Assembly (NCBI GenBank): GCA_046538485.1
Contig: JBKHIT010000005.1
Coordinates: 32,001 to 96,000, forward strand
Reading direction: 5' to 3'
Source: Candidatus Brocadiia bacterium
Lineage (GTDB): Bacteria; Planctomycetota; Brocadiia; SM23-32
Length of the DNA stretch: 64,000 nucleotides
Part shown: in pieces, positions 9,898 through 20,099 of the stretch
Layout of the letters: each line of letters begins with the position of its first letter
Numbering within the stretch: the first letter of the stretch is position 1
The notes under the pieces: model-generated
Database searches by the model: none
Told to the model about the DNA's origin: nothing
The model's input: only the letters and a program-made list of their open reading frames with translations
Program-made: the position numbers and the translations under genes

Positions 9898-9964
9898 CCC
9901 GGAACTGCGGCATCACCCAACGGCGCCTCGCACCGGGCTACACTCTCATCCGGCCCTTCGGGCC
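9898..9964. repeat. REP-like element
   Basis: CCCGGA..CGCACCGGGCTAC..GGCCCTTCGGGCC, same architecture as 6156-6228. Confidence 0.65.
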
Positions 9965-10033
9965 TCTTTTGGAACGGCAGTCGACACGCTAAACGCATAC
10001 AGATGCCTGTCATACTGAACGGACCAACGCCTC

Positions 10034-10176
10034 GCGGACTGGACTTCAGCCGCAGGCTGGAGTTCAGAACGCGATCGACTTCCCTTCAGATTCCAGGCGC
10101 ATTTACATTTTCCGGCAATTGTCCGTCTCAAGTCCAGTTTCGCCCGCCGCTGGCGGGCTCAGCTGAACTCGAGTCT
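10034..10176. repeat. Double-hairpin (REPIN-like) element, copy 1
   Basis: Both arms match 42038-42234 in inverted orientation. Confidence 0.85.
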
Positions 10177-10315
10177 CCTTTCTCTGCCAGCGGACTGGGG
10201 GTCAGAACGCCGCTCATCAGCCCACAGATCTCCCAGAACCCACCGGGGCTCCACGTATCCGCAATGCTACGCAGATGCAAGGGGTTATCGCCGAGCTGGC
10301 CCTGCCGTTCATTAC

Positions 10316-10379
10316 CCTGAAAGGGCAGTATATGACAGCCCGGGGTGCAGACGGCTGAAGGTCGTCGGTGCCCTGGGGT
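10316..10379. repeat. REP-like element, reverse orientation
   Basis: CCCTGAAAGGG..AGCCCGGGGTGCAG..hairpin..CCCTGGGG. Confidence 0.6.
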
Positions 10380-11188
10380 ACAGATGGGCGTTGAGAAAAG
10401 TGGGCTGAAGGCCCACCACAAAACTTTGTGTGTTTCCCCACGCAACGAATCGCAGAAGCGGTCGACTACGAGCACGTTTCAGTGATTTGTGCGTTCCCGG
10501 AGTTAACGCAAGCCCCGAAACCAGCGTCAGGTTCGTAGTGAGTCTCTTCAGAGGCTGTTGTGGACTCCGAAAGAGTGCCTCAGAGTGTAGCGCCGTGCGA
10601 AGGCGCCCTCAGGCGCCGGAGTTGGGGGTTGTGGGGGGAAAAATAGAACGCGTTCCGAAACGGTGGCACTGACAAATTAAAAGCGGCGCCCCCCGTGGGG
10701 GATTCAATTTCCGGAAATATCAGTTTCACCGGCAGAGCCTACTAAGGACCCTGCAGCACCCCGATGTAGTCTACCGCGACTCGCGGTCGCGCGCACTCCA
10801 AAGCCAGCGCGACGCGCTGGCAGGGTACCACCATACATACGTTGATTTTTGTTGCGTCCTGCGGCACGAGACATTTCCCGCAACCCCGGGATGCCGGCGG
10901 TACCGGCCGGTGAGGTGCCCCGCGCGCCAACGGCGCGCTCTGGATTGCGGTGTGTTAAAACGGGCCGGAGGCGCGTTTTACTCACCGCTGTGTCGTTCCG
11001 GAAAACGTTGGATACCGCACACTTTCATTTTGGAGGTTCCGGGGTAAAAATCGGCCTGCTGCGGTCCAACACAGTCCTCAGCGCCGCTGAGAGCACGTTT
11101 TTGGGGTAATAGTTTTTTGTCCTATTCGCAAACTGCTGCACAGCTAATAGTTACAATCAACGCAAATGGCTCACTTATGCAGGACCGC

Positions 11189-12172
11189 TCAGACCGCCAG
11201 GACGTTTCTCACGGCTCTGACAACGTCGTCGATGCCCGGCAGCACCATTTTCTCGGCTTCCGGAGAGCAGGGGATGGGGATGTCGCGGGCGCCGATTCGC
11301 TGCAACTGGCCGTCGAGGTCCCAGAGACAGTTCTCGGCCACCGCGGAACAAATCTCGGCCCCGACGCCACCTGTCACGACGCCTTCTTCCAGAAAAACCG
11401 CTTTCCCGGTTTTGCGTACCGATTCGAAGATGGTATCCCTGTCGTAGGGTTTAAGCGTCACCAGATCGATCACTTCCACGTCGATGTCCTCTGAAGCGAG
11501 CAGTCCGGCTGCTTTCAGAGCCATCTTCACCCCCAGCCCGTAGGTGATGATTGAGACATCCGAGCCATCACTCGCGATGCGGGCTTTGCCGATCGGCCAC
11601 TCGGATCTGTCCGTCAGCGCACATTTCTCGCCATAGAGGAGTTTGTGTTCGAGAAAGAGGACGGGATTTTCATCCCGAATCGATTGGCGGAGTAAAGAAC
11701 AGGCGTGGGCCGGGTCGGCCGGGGCGACGATTTTCAGTCCCGGTGCGCTCATGAACCAGGAAGCCAGACTCTGGGAATGGCTCGGCCCGTAGCCGCGATA
11801 GCCGCCGTAGGGGGTGCGGATCACGATCGGGACGCTGAACTGTCCGGCATACATGTAGTTGATCTTCCCCGCGTGGTTGACGATCTGGTCCATGGCCAGA
11901 GTGATGAAATCCATGAACATAATTTCGGTGACGACGCGTCGTCCGCCCAGCGCCGCGCCGACGGCCACTCCGACGTAGCTGTTCTCGCTGATGGGAGCGT
12001 TGAGGACGCGTTCGGGGAACCGCTCGTAGAGATCATCTGTCACGGCAAAAGCCCCGCCGTATTCCCGCACGTCTTCACCGATGAGAAGAACCGCGGGATC
12101 GGCTTCCATCTCTGCTCTGAGTGCACGGTAGAGCTCATCGCGCATTGTGGCAGAAGTTTTTTCGGTGCTCAT
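11189..12172 (-). CDS. 2-oxoacid/acetoin dehydrogenase E1 beta subunit
   Basis: GEDV, PISE, EIMFMDF, HSQS, LEHKLLY, EVIDL. Confidence 0.93.
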   Translation of the reverse strand: MSTEKTSATMRDELYRALRAEMEADPAVLLIGEDVREYGGAFAVTDDLYERFPERVLNAPISENSYVGVAVGAALGGRRVVTEIMFMDFITLAMDQIVNHAGKINYMYAGQFSVPIVIRTPYGGYRGYGPSHSQSLASWFMSAPGLKIVAPADPAHACSLLRQSIRDENPVLFLEHKLLYGEKCALTDRSEWPIGKARIASDGSDVSIITYGLGVKMALKAAGLLASEDIDVEVIDLVTLKPYDRDTIFESVRKTGKAVFLEEGVVTGGVGAEICSAVAENCLWDLDGQLQRIGARDIPIPCSPEAEKMVLPGIDDVVRAVRNVLAV

Positions 12173-13161
12173 GATGCCTCTCCCTCGTTGCAGTAGGGGG
12201 AGACCAGCACGTCATCGGGTCCGGGGAAGTCGGCTTGTTGTGCCGTTTGATAGGCATCATCGATCCGGGTGCGGCAACGTTCCTCAATTTCGTCGAGCCG
12301 GTCCTCGGCCAGACCGCCTGCGATCAGCGCTTTTCTCTCGACGGTGATGGGATCTACGGCCTGCCAGCACTGTTCTTCCTCGTCGGTCCGGTAAACCAGA
12401 CGATCGCTTTTTGAATGTCCGCAGAACCGGTAGGTTTTTGCTTCGACAAGCGTCGGTCCTTCATCGGAACGGGCGCGTTGGAGTGCCTCAGCGACGCCAT
12501 CCATCACAGCTTCCGGATCCATGCCATCGAGGGTGACGCCGGGGATATCATAGGATTGGGCGCGCCGGGCGATTTTTTCCACGCTCATGCTATCACTGAC
12601 CGAGGTGCTCATGGCGTAGAGGTTATTTTCGCAGATATAGACGACAGGCAGTTGCCAGATGCTGGCCATATTCAGGCTTTCGTGGAACGTCCCCTGGTTG
12701 GCGGCGCCGTCGCCGAAGAAACACAGCACGACGTGTTCGGACCCATCGAGTTTCTGGCTCAGAGCGAGTCCGGTAGCGGTTGGGATGCCTCCTCCTGTGA
12801 TACCGTTGGTTCCGTAGAATGCCAGGTCGCGCGCGCAGAGGTGCTGGGAACCGCCTCGGCCTTTGCAGGGTCCGGTCACTTTCCCCAGCATTTCGGCCAT
12901 CAGCGCGCCCGGGTCAGCGCTTCGGGCGATGAAATGTCCGTGTCCCCGGTGGCTGCTGACGATGGGGTCGTCGGGTCTGGCGGCAGCGACGGCGCCGACG
13001 GCGCAGGCTTCCTGTCCGATGCAGAGGTGGGCGGTTCCGTGGATTTTTCCTTCTTCGAATAGTTTTTCGATTTTTTGTTCGAACAGCCGGATGATGAGCA
13101 TCATCTCGTAGCGGCCGGCGGAGGTTGAGAGATCGGGTTTTTCCACGGTTCGGTTTTCCAA
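12169..13161 (-). CDS. TPP-dependent dehydrogenase E1 alpha subunit
   Basis: HLCIGQEA, HRGHGH, GRGGSQH, GDGAANQG..ENN, YRFCGHS; 4 bp overlap with the beta gene. Confidence 0.93.
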   Translation of the reverse strand: MENRTVEKPDLSTSAGRYEMMLIIRLFEQKIEKLFEEGKIHGTAHLCIGQEACAVGAVAAARPDDPIVSSHRGHGHFIARSADPGALMAEMLGKVTGPCKGRGGSQHLCARDLAFYGTNGITGGGIPTATGLALSQKLDGSEHVVLCFFGDGAANQGTFHESLNMASIWQLPVVYICENNLYAMSTSVSDSMSVEKIARRAQSYDIPGVTLDGMDPEAVMDGVAEALQRARSDEGPTLVEAKTYRFCGHSKSDRLVYRTDEEEQCWQAVDPITVERKALIAGGLAEDRLDEIEERCRTRIDDAYQTAQQADFPGPDDVLVSPYCNEGEAS

Positions 13162-13225
13162 AAATCATTCAAAAGAAATTCAGGCGGGCGCGGGATGAAT
13201 AAACTAAAGCCACAGCCCCGAAAAA

Positions 13226-15091
13226 TCAACGCCGGTGTCGTATTTGGTCGCCGAACAACAGCAGATTGCCGGATTTCCCCCGGATCCATCGTTTGGTGTG
13301 GGTTTGCCCATGGCTCAGCAGGACTTCCACGACGGTCTGATGGTGGTCGCCGACCCCGAGACTGTATTGAAAAGGTTGGCAGCCGCCGATGATCTGCTGG
13401 TTTCCCACGACGGCCGAAGCGTGGGCGTCACGAACCCGGATGGTCGCACCGATTGCCCCCCGTCTGGTGTCGATTCGGACCGTCATGAATTCTCGGCGCC
13501 TGGCCGCGGGAGACCTGTTTTCCAGCAGCAGCGCCGCTTTGTCTTGCAAAAGCAGGTAAATATCCGGTGCGCTGTCGCCCGTGACGTCGGTAATAGTGAT
13601 CGCGGCGGCTTGTTTTCCGGGCGAAGGTGTATCACAGAGGGATGTAGCATCGATGAAATTGCCGTCCCCCGCGTTGAAATAGATCTTTGGACCGATTGTT
13701 TTGAGGTTGAGAACAAGATCCGGATAACCATTGCCCGTCAGATCCCCTGTAGCACAACACGTGACTTCGTCGTTGATTTTTGACAAAGCGCCGGACTGAG
13801 CAACGGGTTGGAAACGTTCTGAACCGGTGTTTTTGAAGAATTTTACGCTGCCGGATTTTGTTCCGGTTTGGACGAGAAGATCGAGCTGACCGTCGTTGTC
13901 GAAATCGTCGATTCTGAGGATGCGGGGAGGTGAAGATTTCTTTTCCCTGGAACTTGCCTCGTGGGTTGATGGTGTTGTACCGAGCAGTTGTGATGTTACG
14001 ATTTCTGCCCTGCGGTCGCCATCAAAATCGGCTGCGAAAGGCCGGGTGGCATCCGTTTTCTCGGGCAGCTCGGCTTTTCGGAAAGGTCGATACCGTGGGC
14101 GGGAGCGGCGCGAGTTCGCGAAATACCGTAGAGAATCGTCGGGAAGGCGCGCAACGATGTCAGGAAGTCCGTCGCCATTGAGCTCTGTGAAGCCCGCATC
14201 TTTCCATTCTGCGGCCCCGGGAGGCTGTTCGGCAAAAATCTTCTCCTGGAATTTGAAATCCGGCGCTCCGGAGTTGGTGTAAACGGCCAGGCTCTTACCG
14301 GCGCAGAGCAAGTCAAGATTTCCGTCACGGTCGACATCTGCCCACCCCATTGCTTTCCCGGAGATATCGACGGATTCATCGGCTGTTATCTTACGAAAGC
14401 CCCGCGCAGATTGTGCGAAAAAAAGAGGCCCCGTGCTGGTAGTGAAAACCAGGTCGAGGTCTCCGTCCGCGTCGAAATCAGCCCACAGTGGTTTCTCCGA
14501 GGAGTCGATATCTTCGGAGATATTGGGGTAGCGGGAACTGATGTCGGACATAATTTGCCCGCGTTGTCCGGTTCCCCCACCGATTGTTGCGGATACGACG
14601 TTGCCCGAAGAGTCCATACTGCGAACGTGAAACGTGTGGAGTTCCATCAAGGGGTTGTTTGGCAACTGGACGCTGTGGTTTTGTGTTCTTTTTTCTTCTT
14701 CCATTACCATGTGCTGAAACGGGTCTGCCCAGCCGTATGTTAAAAGGGCATCGGTTGGCCTGGACGTCTCCCATTCGACTGCGTATCGGCCGGCAGATTT
14801 CGCGATCCGGGGACCAGACACGAGGGAGAGTGTTTCCAGGGATGTGCCCGGAGATGCGATGCGAGGTGGAGTTTGGGTTTTTGAATCGATGAGCCCGGTA
14901 TTCTCCGGTACACACAGGCCCACCCAAAAACAGAAACCGACAAGGCAAAGGGCTCCGGCGAAAGCCAGAATGCGATTTGCAAGGTCGGGATGTTCTTTGG
15001 AGCGCATGAGATGTATTATTTCCGTGCGGAAGGCAATTCGAATGGCAAAACTCCAGGTATCGATACTATCCCAACGGGGGGTGTTGCGCAA
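13226..15091 (-). CDS. Membrane-anchored FG-GAP/VCBS repeat protein with N-terminal Fn3-like domain
   Basis: Repeated DFDxDGxLDL motifs, AIGA C-terminal segment, N-terminal TM; start uncertain. Confidence 0.8.
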   Translation of the reverse strand: MRNTPRWDSIDTWSFAIRIAFRTEIIHLMRSKEHPDLANRILAFAGALCLVGFCFWVGLCVPENTGLIDSKTQTPPRIASPGTSLETLSLVSGPRIAKSAGRYAVEWETSRPTDALLTYGWADPFQHMVMEEEKRTQNHSVQLPNNPLMELHTFHVRSMDSSGNVVSATIGGGTGQRGQIMSDISSRYPNISEDIDSSEKPLWADFDADGDLDLVFTTSTGPLFFAQSARGFRKITADESVDISGKAMGWADVDRDGNLDLLCAGKSLAVYTNSGAPDFKFQEKIFAEQPPGAAEWKDAGFTELNGDGLPDIVARLPDDSLRYFANSRRSRPRYRPFRKAELPEKTDATRPFAADFDGDRRAEIVTSQLLGTTPSTHEASSREKKSSPPRILRIDDFDNDGQLDLLVQTGTKSGSVKFFKNTGSERFQPVAQSGALSKINDEVTCCATGDLTGNGYPDLVLNLKTIGPKIYFNAGDGNFIDATSLCDTPSPGKQAAAITITDVTGDSAPDIYLLLQDKAALLLENRSPAARRREFMTVRIDTRRGAIGATIRVRDAHASAVVGNQQIIGGCQPFQYSLGVGDHHQTVVEVLLSHGQTHTKRWIRGKSGNLLLFGDQIRHRR

Positions 15092-15283
15092 GGCGAATCA
15101 GTGATTGGAAGGGGATAAGATGGTTTTTGGGGCCTTTTTGTGCCGGAAGCGTTTTAATGCCATCAGCTTATCGACATGCGATATTGCTCTGAATGGGTCT
15201 AAGGCACTTGCAAAACGGTTCCACACGGCCCATAATTTAGGCGGAGTATATAGAGCTTCTTCCGGCATCTGGGAGGGGACCAG

Positions 15284-16081
15284 ATGGTAGATACAGAGAG
15301 TATGCCAGACAGAGGTATTGTGCTGGCAGTTATTACTTTTCTGGCCCTGGCTATTTTGACTTTGTGGTGGCAGAGGTCAGAGAACAGCGCTACGGACGGC
15401 GGAGACCTCACCGAAGGGCGGGGAGAGCTCAACGCCAAAGATGAGGATATTTCACTATCGGCAAATGGTGACGATTATTCTGCGTCAGAAGACACAGGCC
15501 GAAAAAAAGAAATGCGGAGAGCTCTTCAGTTGCTTTCTTCCAGCAATGTGGCTGCCTTGCGCCGTTCGGCCGCTCTGAGTCTTCAGTGGTGCGCAGATAA
15601 AAGTGCGGAACCGGGTTTGCTGCAGTCGTTGCATGATGAAGATGAAATTGTGAGCCGACGGTGTGCGAGAGCACTTTTGAACCTGTGGCAGAGTTCGCGC
15701 TACAGTTCGATTGATCCCTTATTTGACAGGGGGGTTGAGGCGACGGAAGCGGGGCATTACCAAGAGGCGGTCGATATCTTTGCAAAATGTGCCAAATTGG
15801 ATCCGGCTATTCCCGATCTCTACCGGTTATGGGCGCAGGCATTGCTGGAACGGGGCAAGCCCCGAGAGGCTCTGGCAAAATGCAAAAAAGCCCTGGAAAA
15901 GGAATCGGAGAATTTTATGGCCCATTACGTTTTGGCCCGGTGCCAGGCGGCCCTGGGAAATCAGAAGGAAGCCCGGGAAGCGGTTGAGAACGCGCTCGGC
16001 ATTTACCCCGGTCTTAGATACGATCCACGCTACGACGAAGCAATTGGCGTTATTTTGTCTCTTGGGAACAGCGGCGGATAA
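15284..16081 (+). CDS. Membrane-anchored HEAT + TPR protein
   Basis: N-terminal TM, LRRSAALSL/LHDEDEIV HEAT repeats, ~3 TPRs. Confidence 0.8.
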   Translation: MVDTESMPDRGIVLAVITFLALAILTLWWQRSENSATDGGDLTEGRGELNAKDEDISLSANGDDYSASEDTGRKKEMRRALQLLSSSNVAALRRSAALSLQWCADKSAEPGLLQSLHDEDEIVSRRCARALLNLWQSSRYSSIDPLFDRGVEATEAGHYQEAVDIFAKCAKLDPAIPDLYRLWAQALLERGKPREALAKCKKALEKESENFMAHYVLARCQAALGNQKEAREAVENALGIYPGLRYDPRYDEAIGVILSLGNSGG

Positions 16082-16130
16082 AAGATCCTTTACACACACT
16101 GCCTGACCTTTGCCATCGTGTCGGGCCAAT

Positions 16131-17141
16131 TTATTGATAGCTGACTTTAACAAGCTCCTGGAGTGTCTGCTCGGCCTGGCCCGAATCGATGGCGTTTGCA
16201 GCCGTTTCAATCCCCTCTTCCAGCGCGCCTGATTTCCCGCCGATATAAATCGCGGCTCCTGCGTTCAAAACGACAACATCTCTTTGAGGACCCTGTCGTC
16301 CGGACAGGACCGCTCGAATAACTTCCGCGCTTTCTTCGGGACTCTCGACTTCAAGATCAGAGAGTTCGCCTCTGGGCAACCCCAGTTTCTCCGGAGAGAT
16401 CCGGTAGGTTTCGATTTGGCCATCGTTGAGTTCCGCAACTTTTGATTCCCCGCAGACGCTCAATTCGTCCAATCCATCTTCGCTGTGAACGACGAGGGCT
16501 TTTTCGCTGCCTAAACTCTTGAGCACCCCGGCTATTTTTTCCACCAGGTTTCCGCTGTAGAGTCCGAGTAATTGCCGTTTCACCCCCGCAGGATTTGTGA
16601 GTGGGCCCAAAAGGTTGAAGACGGTTCGGGCGGCAAGTTCTCGGCGGGGGCCGATGGCGTATTTCATAGCTTTATGCAGGAGAGGGGCGAACAAAAAACC
16701 GATTCCCACCGATCGAATGCATTCTTCGACCACAGCGGGTGGTGCCTCGATATTGACACCGAGTGTCTGAAGTACATCGGCACTTCCGCTTGAACTGGAG
16801 ACGCTTCGGTTCCCATGTTTCGCAACGGGGACATCGGCAGCTGCGCTAACAATGGCGGCTGCGGTGGATATATTGAACGTTCCCCGCGTATCCCCGCCGG
16901 TACCACATGTGTCAATGGTATTCTCAACGCCAGGCTCGATGGTCAATGCTGCGTCTCGCATCGCCCGGGCACACCCGGTGATCTCAGGAATAGTTTCGCC
17001 TTTCATACGAAGAGCAACCAGGAAACCGGCGATCTGCGCTTCTGTTGCTTGCCCCGACATAATAAGGGACATGGCATTTTCGGATTCTTTTTCCGGCAGG
17101 TCTTCCCTTTCCAGCAACCGGGCGATATAGGATTCAATCAT
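16131..17141 (-). CDS. trpD: Anthranilate phosphoribosyltransferase
   Basis: DTCGTGGD, NIST, KHGNRSVSS, RTVFNLLGPLTNP, DGLDE. Confidence 0.97.
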   Translation of the reverse strand: MIESYIARLLEREDLPEKESENAMSLIMSGQATEAQIAGFLVALRMKGETIPEITGCARAMRDAALTIEPGVENTIDTCGTGGDTRGTFNISTAAAIVSAAADVPVAKHGNRSVSSSSGSADVLQTLGVNIEAPPAVVEECIRSVGIGFLFAPLLHKAMKYAIGPRRELAARTVFNLLGPLTNPAGVKRQLLGLYSGNLVEKIAGVLKSLGSEKALVVHSEDGLDELSVCGESKVAELNDGQIETYRISPEKLGLPRGELSDLEVESPEESAEVIRAVLSGRQGPQRDVVVLNAGAAIYIGGKSGALEEGIETAANAIDSGQAEQTLQELVKVSYQ

Positions 17142-17204
17142 CCGTTTTCCTCCATGGCGTATGGCTTATTGTAATATTTCAACTTCAGAGAGGTTTTCCC
17201 GTTT

Positions 17205-19250
17205 TTATTTTTCTTTCTCGGTCCGACGGCGCTGAATAATCTGCTCCTGGATCTGTCCCGGGACCTTTGCATAGTGGGAAAATTCAACAGTGAAGGTTCC
17301 CTCTCCACCGGTCATGCTCTGGAGTTCAGCCGCGTACGTGCGCACTTCGGCCTGGGGTATATGAGCGTGCAACGTTTGCATCTGGCCTTGCTGATCCATG
17401 CCTTCGATCTGGCCACGATGCCCCGCCAGATTCGACGTAACATCCCCGACGTATTCGGAAGGGATTGTGACATCAATTTTCACAATTGGTTCGAGCAGTG
17501 TCGGACGGCATCGTTCGAAAGCGCCCTGAAAAGCCCGCGCTCCCGCGATTTTGAAAGCCGCTTCGGATGAATCTACGTCGTGATACGAGCCATAGTAAAC
17601 GGTTGCAATGACGTCGACGATTGGGTAACCCGCCAGAAGGCCCTTTTTCATGGTCTCGACGATACCTTTTTCGACGGCGGGGATGAACTGGTTAGGGATC
17701 ACCCCCCCCTTAATTTCGTCGACGAATTCAAAGCCCGCTCCACGTTCGCCGGGCTCCAGGCGCAAATAGACTTCTCCGTACTGGCCGCGGCCGCCGGTTT
17801 GTTTTTTGTGGCGGTATTGATCTTTGCCGTTTGTGGTTATCGTTTCGCGATAGGGGATAGAGGGTTCGTGGGTCTCGGCGCTGACCCCGTAACGCCTCTG
17901 CAATTTGCTGAGCATCACCTCGAGATGGAGATTGCTCATTCCCGTAATGACAAGTTCGCTGCTCTGTTTATCTCGCTCCAGAGTAAAAGTTGGATCGCCC
18001 TCGGCCAGCCGTCTTAATCCACTGTTTATACGCTGTTCATCATCCCGGCTTTGCGGTTCCACAGCCAGCGACATCATAGGACTCGGCAATTCCAACTCGG
18101 GGAATTCATATTTGCAGCCTTCCGACCGCAACGTGTCGTGGATCTTAACGTCCTCAACTTTTGTCACGCAGATAATATCACCGGGGCCAGCTGTATCGAG
18201 CTCGTTCTGCTCAGATCCAAATACGGTGTAAAGGTGACCGAGTCGTTCGGTTTCGCCTGTCCGGGCGATTTCAATGTTATCACCGCTTTTGAGTGTTCCG
18301 CTGTAGACACGGAAGTAAACAAGGCGCCCGACATGCTCGTCTACAACGCTTTTAAAAACCTGTCCGCAGAATGGGGCTTCGGGGTCTGGTGCCACTTCCA
18401 CTTCTTCGGGTTCTTCGCCCGTTTTGTCGAGAGCAGTGTGGGTCGGACCTTCGACAGGCGAAGGGGTGCAGGCGGCGAGCAAATCGAAGGTTTCGGACAC
18501 ACCGATATCTTTTTCGGCCGCAGAGCAGAGGATGGGGACGATTTCTCGACCCAGAATGGCGTGTTTGAATGTGGTTTCAAGTTCTCCCTTGCTCACTTCT
18601 TCGCCTTCAAGGTAGCGTTCCATCAGTTCGTCGTCGCATTCAATGATTGATTCCCGGAGAGACTGGCTTAGTTCCTCGAAGTTTCCGACGACGCCCTCTG
18701 GTGCCTCTTCCGTTTCGAGTAGATTGACCACTCCGCTGCAATCGGTCCCCAGCCCGAGCGGCAGGAAAACAGGAACACATTCCCGGCCGAAGGCATCTTG
18801 GATGTCGTTCAGAAGTCTCTCGAATTGGATATTTTCCGCATCCAGGTGAGAGATCATCAACATCCGCGCTACGCCGTAGTTCTCCGCCAGTTGCCATGTG
18901 CGGCGGGTGTTCAGCCGCACGCCGTCGCTGGCGTCAACCGCCACAAGAGCTGTTTCCACAACGGGGATGGCTGTTGCGGCAGCGCCCATGAAATCGAGAT
19001 AACCGGGGGTATCGATTAAATTAAAAATTTTATTATCAGTCTCAAAATGAAATATAGCACTTTCGATCGAAAATTTGCGTTCCTTTTCCTCGGTTGTATA
19101 ATCGCTCAGAGATGATCCTTCGTCGACACTCCCTGCACGGTTAGTGGCCTCGGCGGCGTGTAAGAGATGATCCACAAGGGTGGTTTTCCCGCTGCTACCG
19201 TGACCAACAAGAGCAATATTACGGATCTGCGAAACACTACGTTCTGCCAT
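17205..19250 (-). CDS. fusA: Elongation factor G paralogue (EF-G2-like)
   Basis: GHGSSGKTT, DTPGYLDF, HKKQTGGRGQYG, GSYHDVDSS; G4 motif non-canonical (SHLD). Confidence 0.9.
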   Translation of the reverse strand: MAERSVSQIRNIALVGHGSSGKTTLVDHLLHAAEATNRAGSVDEGSSLSDYTTEEKERKFSIESAIFHFETDNKIFNLIDTPGYLDFMGAAATAIPVVETALVAVDASDGVRLNTRRTWQLAENYGVARMLMISHLDAENIQFERLLNDIQDAFGRECVPVFLPLGLGTDCSGVVNLLETEEAPEGVVGNFEELSQSLRESIIECDDELMERYLEGEEVSKGELETTFKHAILGREIVPILCSAAEKDIGVSETFDLLAACTPSPVEGPTHTALDKTGEEPEEVEVAPDPEAPFCGQVFKSVVDEHVGRLVYFRVYSGTLKSGDNIEIARTGETERLGHLYTVFGSEQNELDTAGPGDIICVTKVEDVKIHDTLRSEGCKYEFPELELPSPMMSLAVEPQSRDDEQRINSGLRRLAEGDPTFTLERDKQSSELVITGMSNLHLEVMLSKLQRRYGVSAETHEPSIPYRETITTNGKDQYRHKKQTGGRGQYGEVYLRLEPGERGAGFEFVDEIKGGVIPNQFIPAVEKGIVETMKKGLLAGYPIVDVIATVYYGSYHDVDSSEAAFKIAGARAFQGAFERCRPTLLEPIVKIDVTIPSEYVGDVTSNLAGHRGQIEGMDQQGQMQTLHAHIPQAEVRTYAAELQSMTGGEGTFTVEFSHYAKVPGQIQEQIIQRRRTEKEK

Positions 19251-19346
19251 AAAAGACCTCCAGCTGTGCTAAAGATTCGAGCCCGGGCTTCCAGTCTGTA
19301 CGGCCCGGCAAATCTATTTTTGTACGTTCATTCAATTGTTTGTGTT

Positions 19347-20099
19347 TTAATTCTGTCCCGGTGACGCCGATAGACGTCCCGGGAATCCTTTTGCGGTTTC
19401 GAGGGCGTCTTCGAGTTTCAATTCACCCTCGTAAAGGGCTTTGCCGGTGATGACAGCATCGGCTCCACATTCACCGAGCCGGCGGATATCATCAACGCTG
19501 CTGACGCCTCCAGAGGCTATGACCGGGACGGGGGTTGTTTTGATGATTTCCTCGACTCCATTGAAATGCGGGTGAGTCAACATCCCGTCTCGGGATACGT
19601 CAGTATACAGGAAAGCCGCCGGTGCTCCGTCAGCCAGTCGGGAAGCCAGGTCCCGTGCGGGTATACCGCTGTTTTCCTGCCAGCCTTTAACTGTAATTAA
19701 TCCTTCCCGTGCGTCGAGTGCGATAACGATACGATCCGGCAACTTCTGGCAAAGCTCAACCGCCCACTCAGGATCCAGAGCCGCTTTGGTGCCTATGACA
19801 GCGCGAGCGGCACCGGCTTCCAGCACCCTCTCAACGGATTCGACAGAGCGAAGTCCACCTCCGACTTCCACAGGTATATGCAGCTCTGAGAGGACGCGTT
19901 TGACAACATCGCGATTGCCGCCGCTTTCATTAATGGCGCCATCCAGATCCACCAGGTGAAGCGCTTCGGCTCCAGCATCTTCCCAGTGGCGGGCCGCCCG
20001 GGAAGGCGCCTCGTAATACGTTTTACCGGTCCCGGGGTCTCCTTGAAGGAGGCGAACACACCGGCCTTCCTGGATATCGACGGCTGGTAGGACAATCAT
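19347..20099 (-). CDS. hisA: ProFAR isomerase HisA
   Basis: PAVDI, VRLLQG, LHLVDLDGA, GGGLR, TDVSRDG, ASGGV. Confidence 0.95.
   Translation of the reverse strand: MIVLPAVDIQEGRCVRLLQGDPGTGKTYYEAPSRAARHWEDAGAEALHLVDLDGAINESGGNRDVVKRVLSELHIPVEVGGGLRSVESVERVLEAGAARAVIGTKAALDPEWAVELCQKLPDRIVIALDAREGLITVKGWQENSGIPARDLASRLADGAPAAFLYTDVSRDGMLTHPHFNGVEEIIKTTPVPVIASGGVSSVDDIRRLGECGADAVITGKALYEGELKLEDALETAKGFPGRLSASPGQN

Noticed and set aside
19347..20099. HisA as bifunctional PriA because trpD is nearby
   Set aside because: Has GGG and KGW where PriA typically has SGG and RGW
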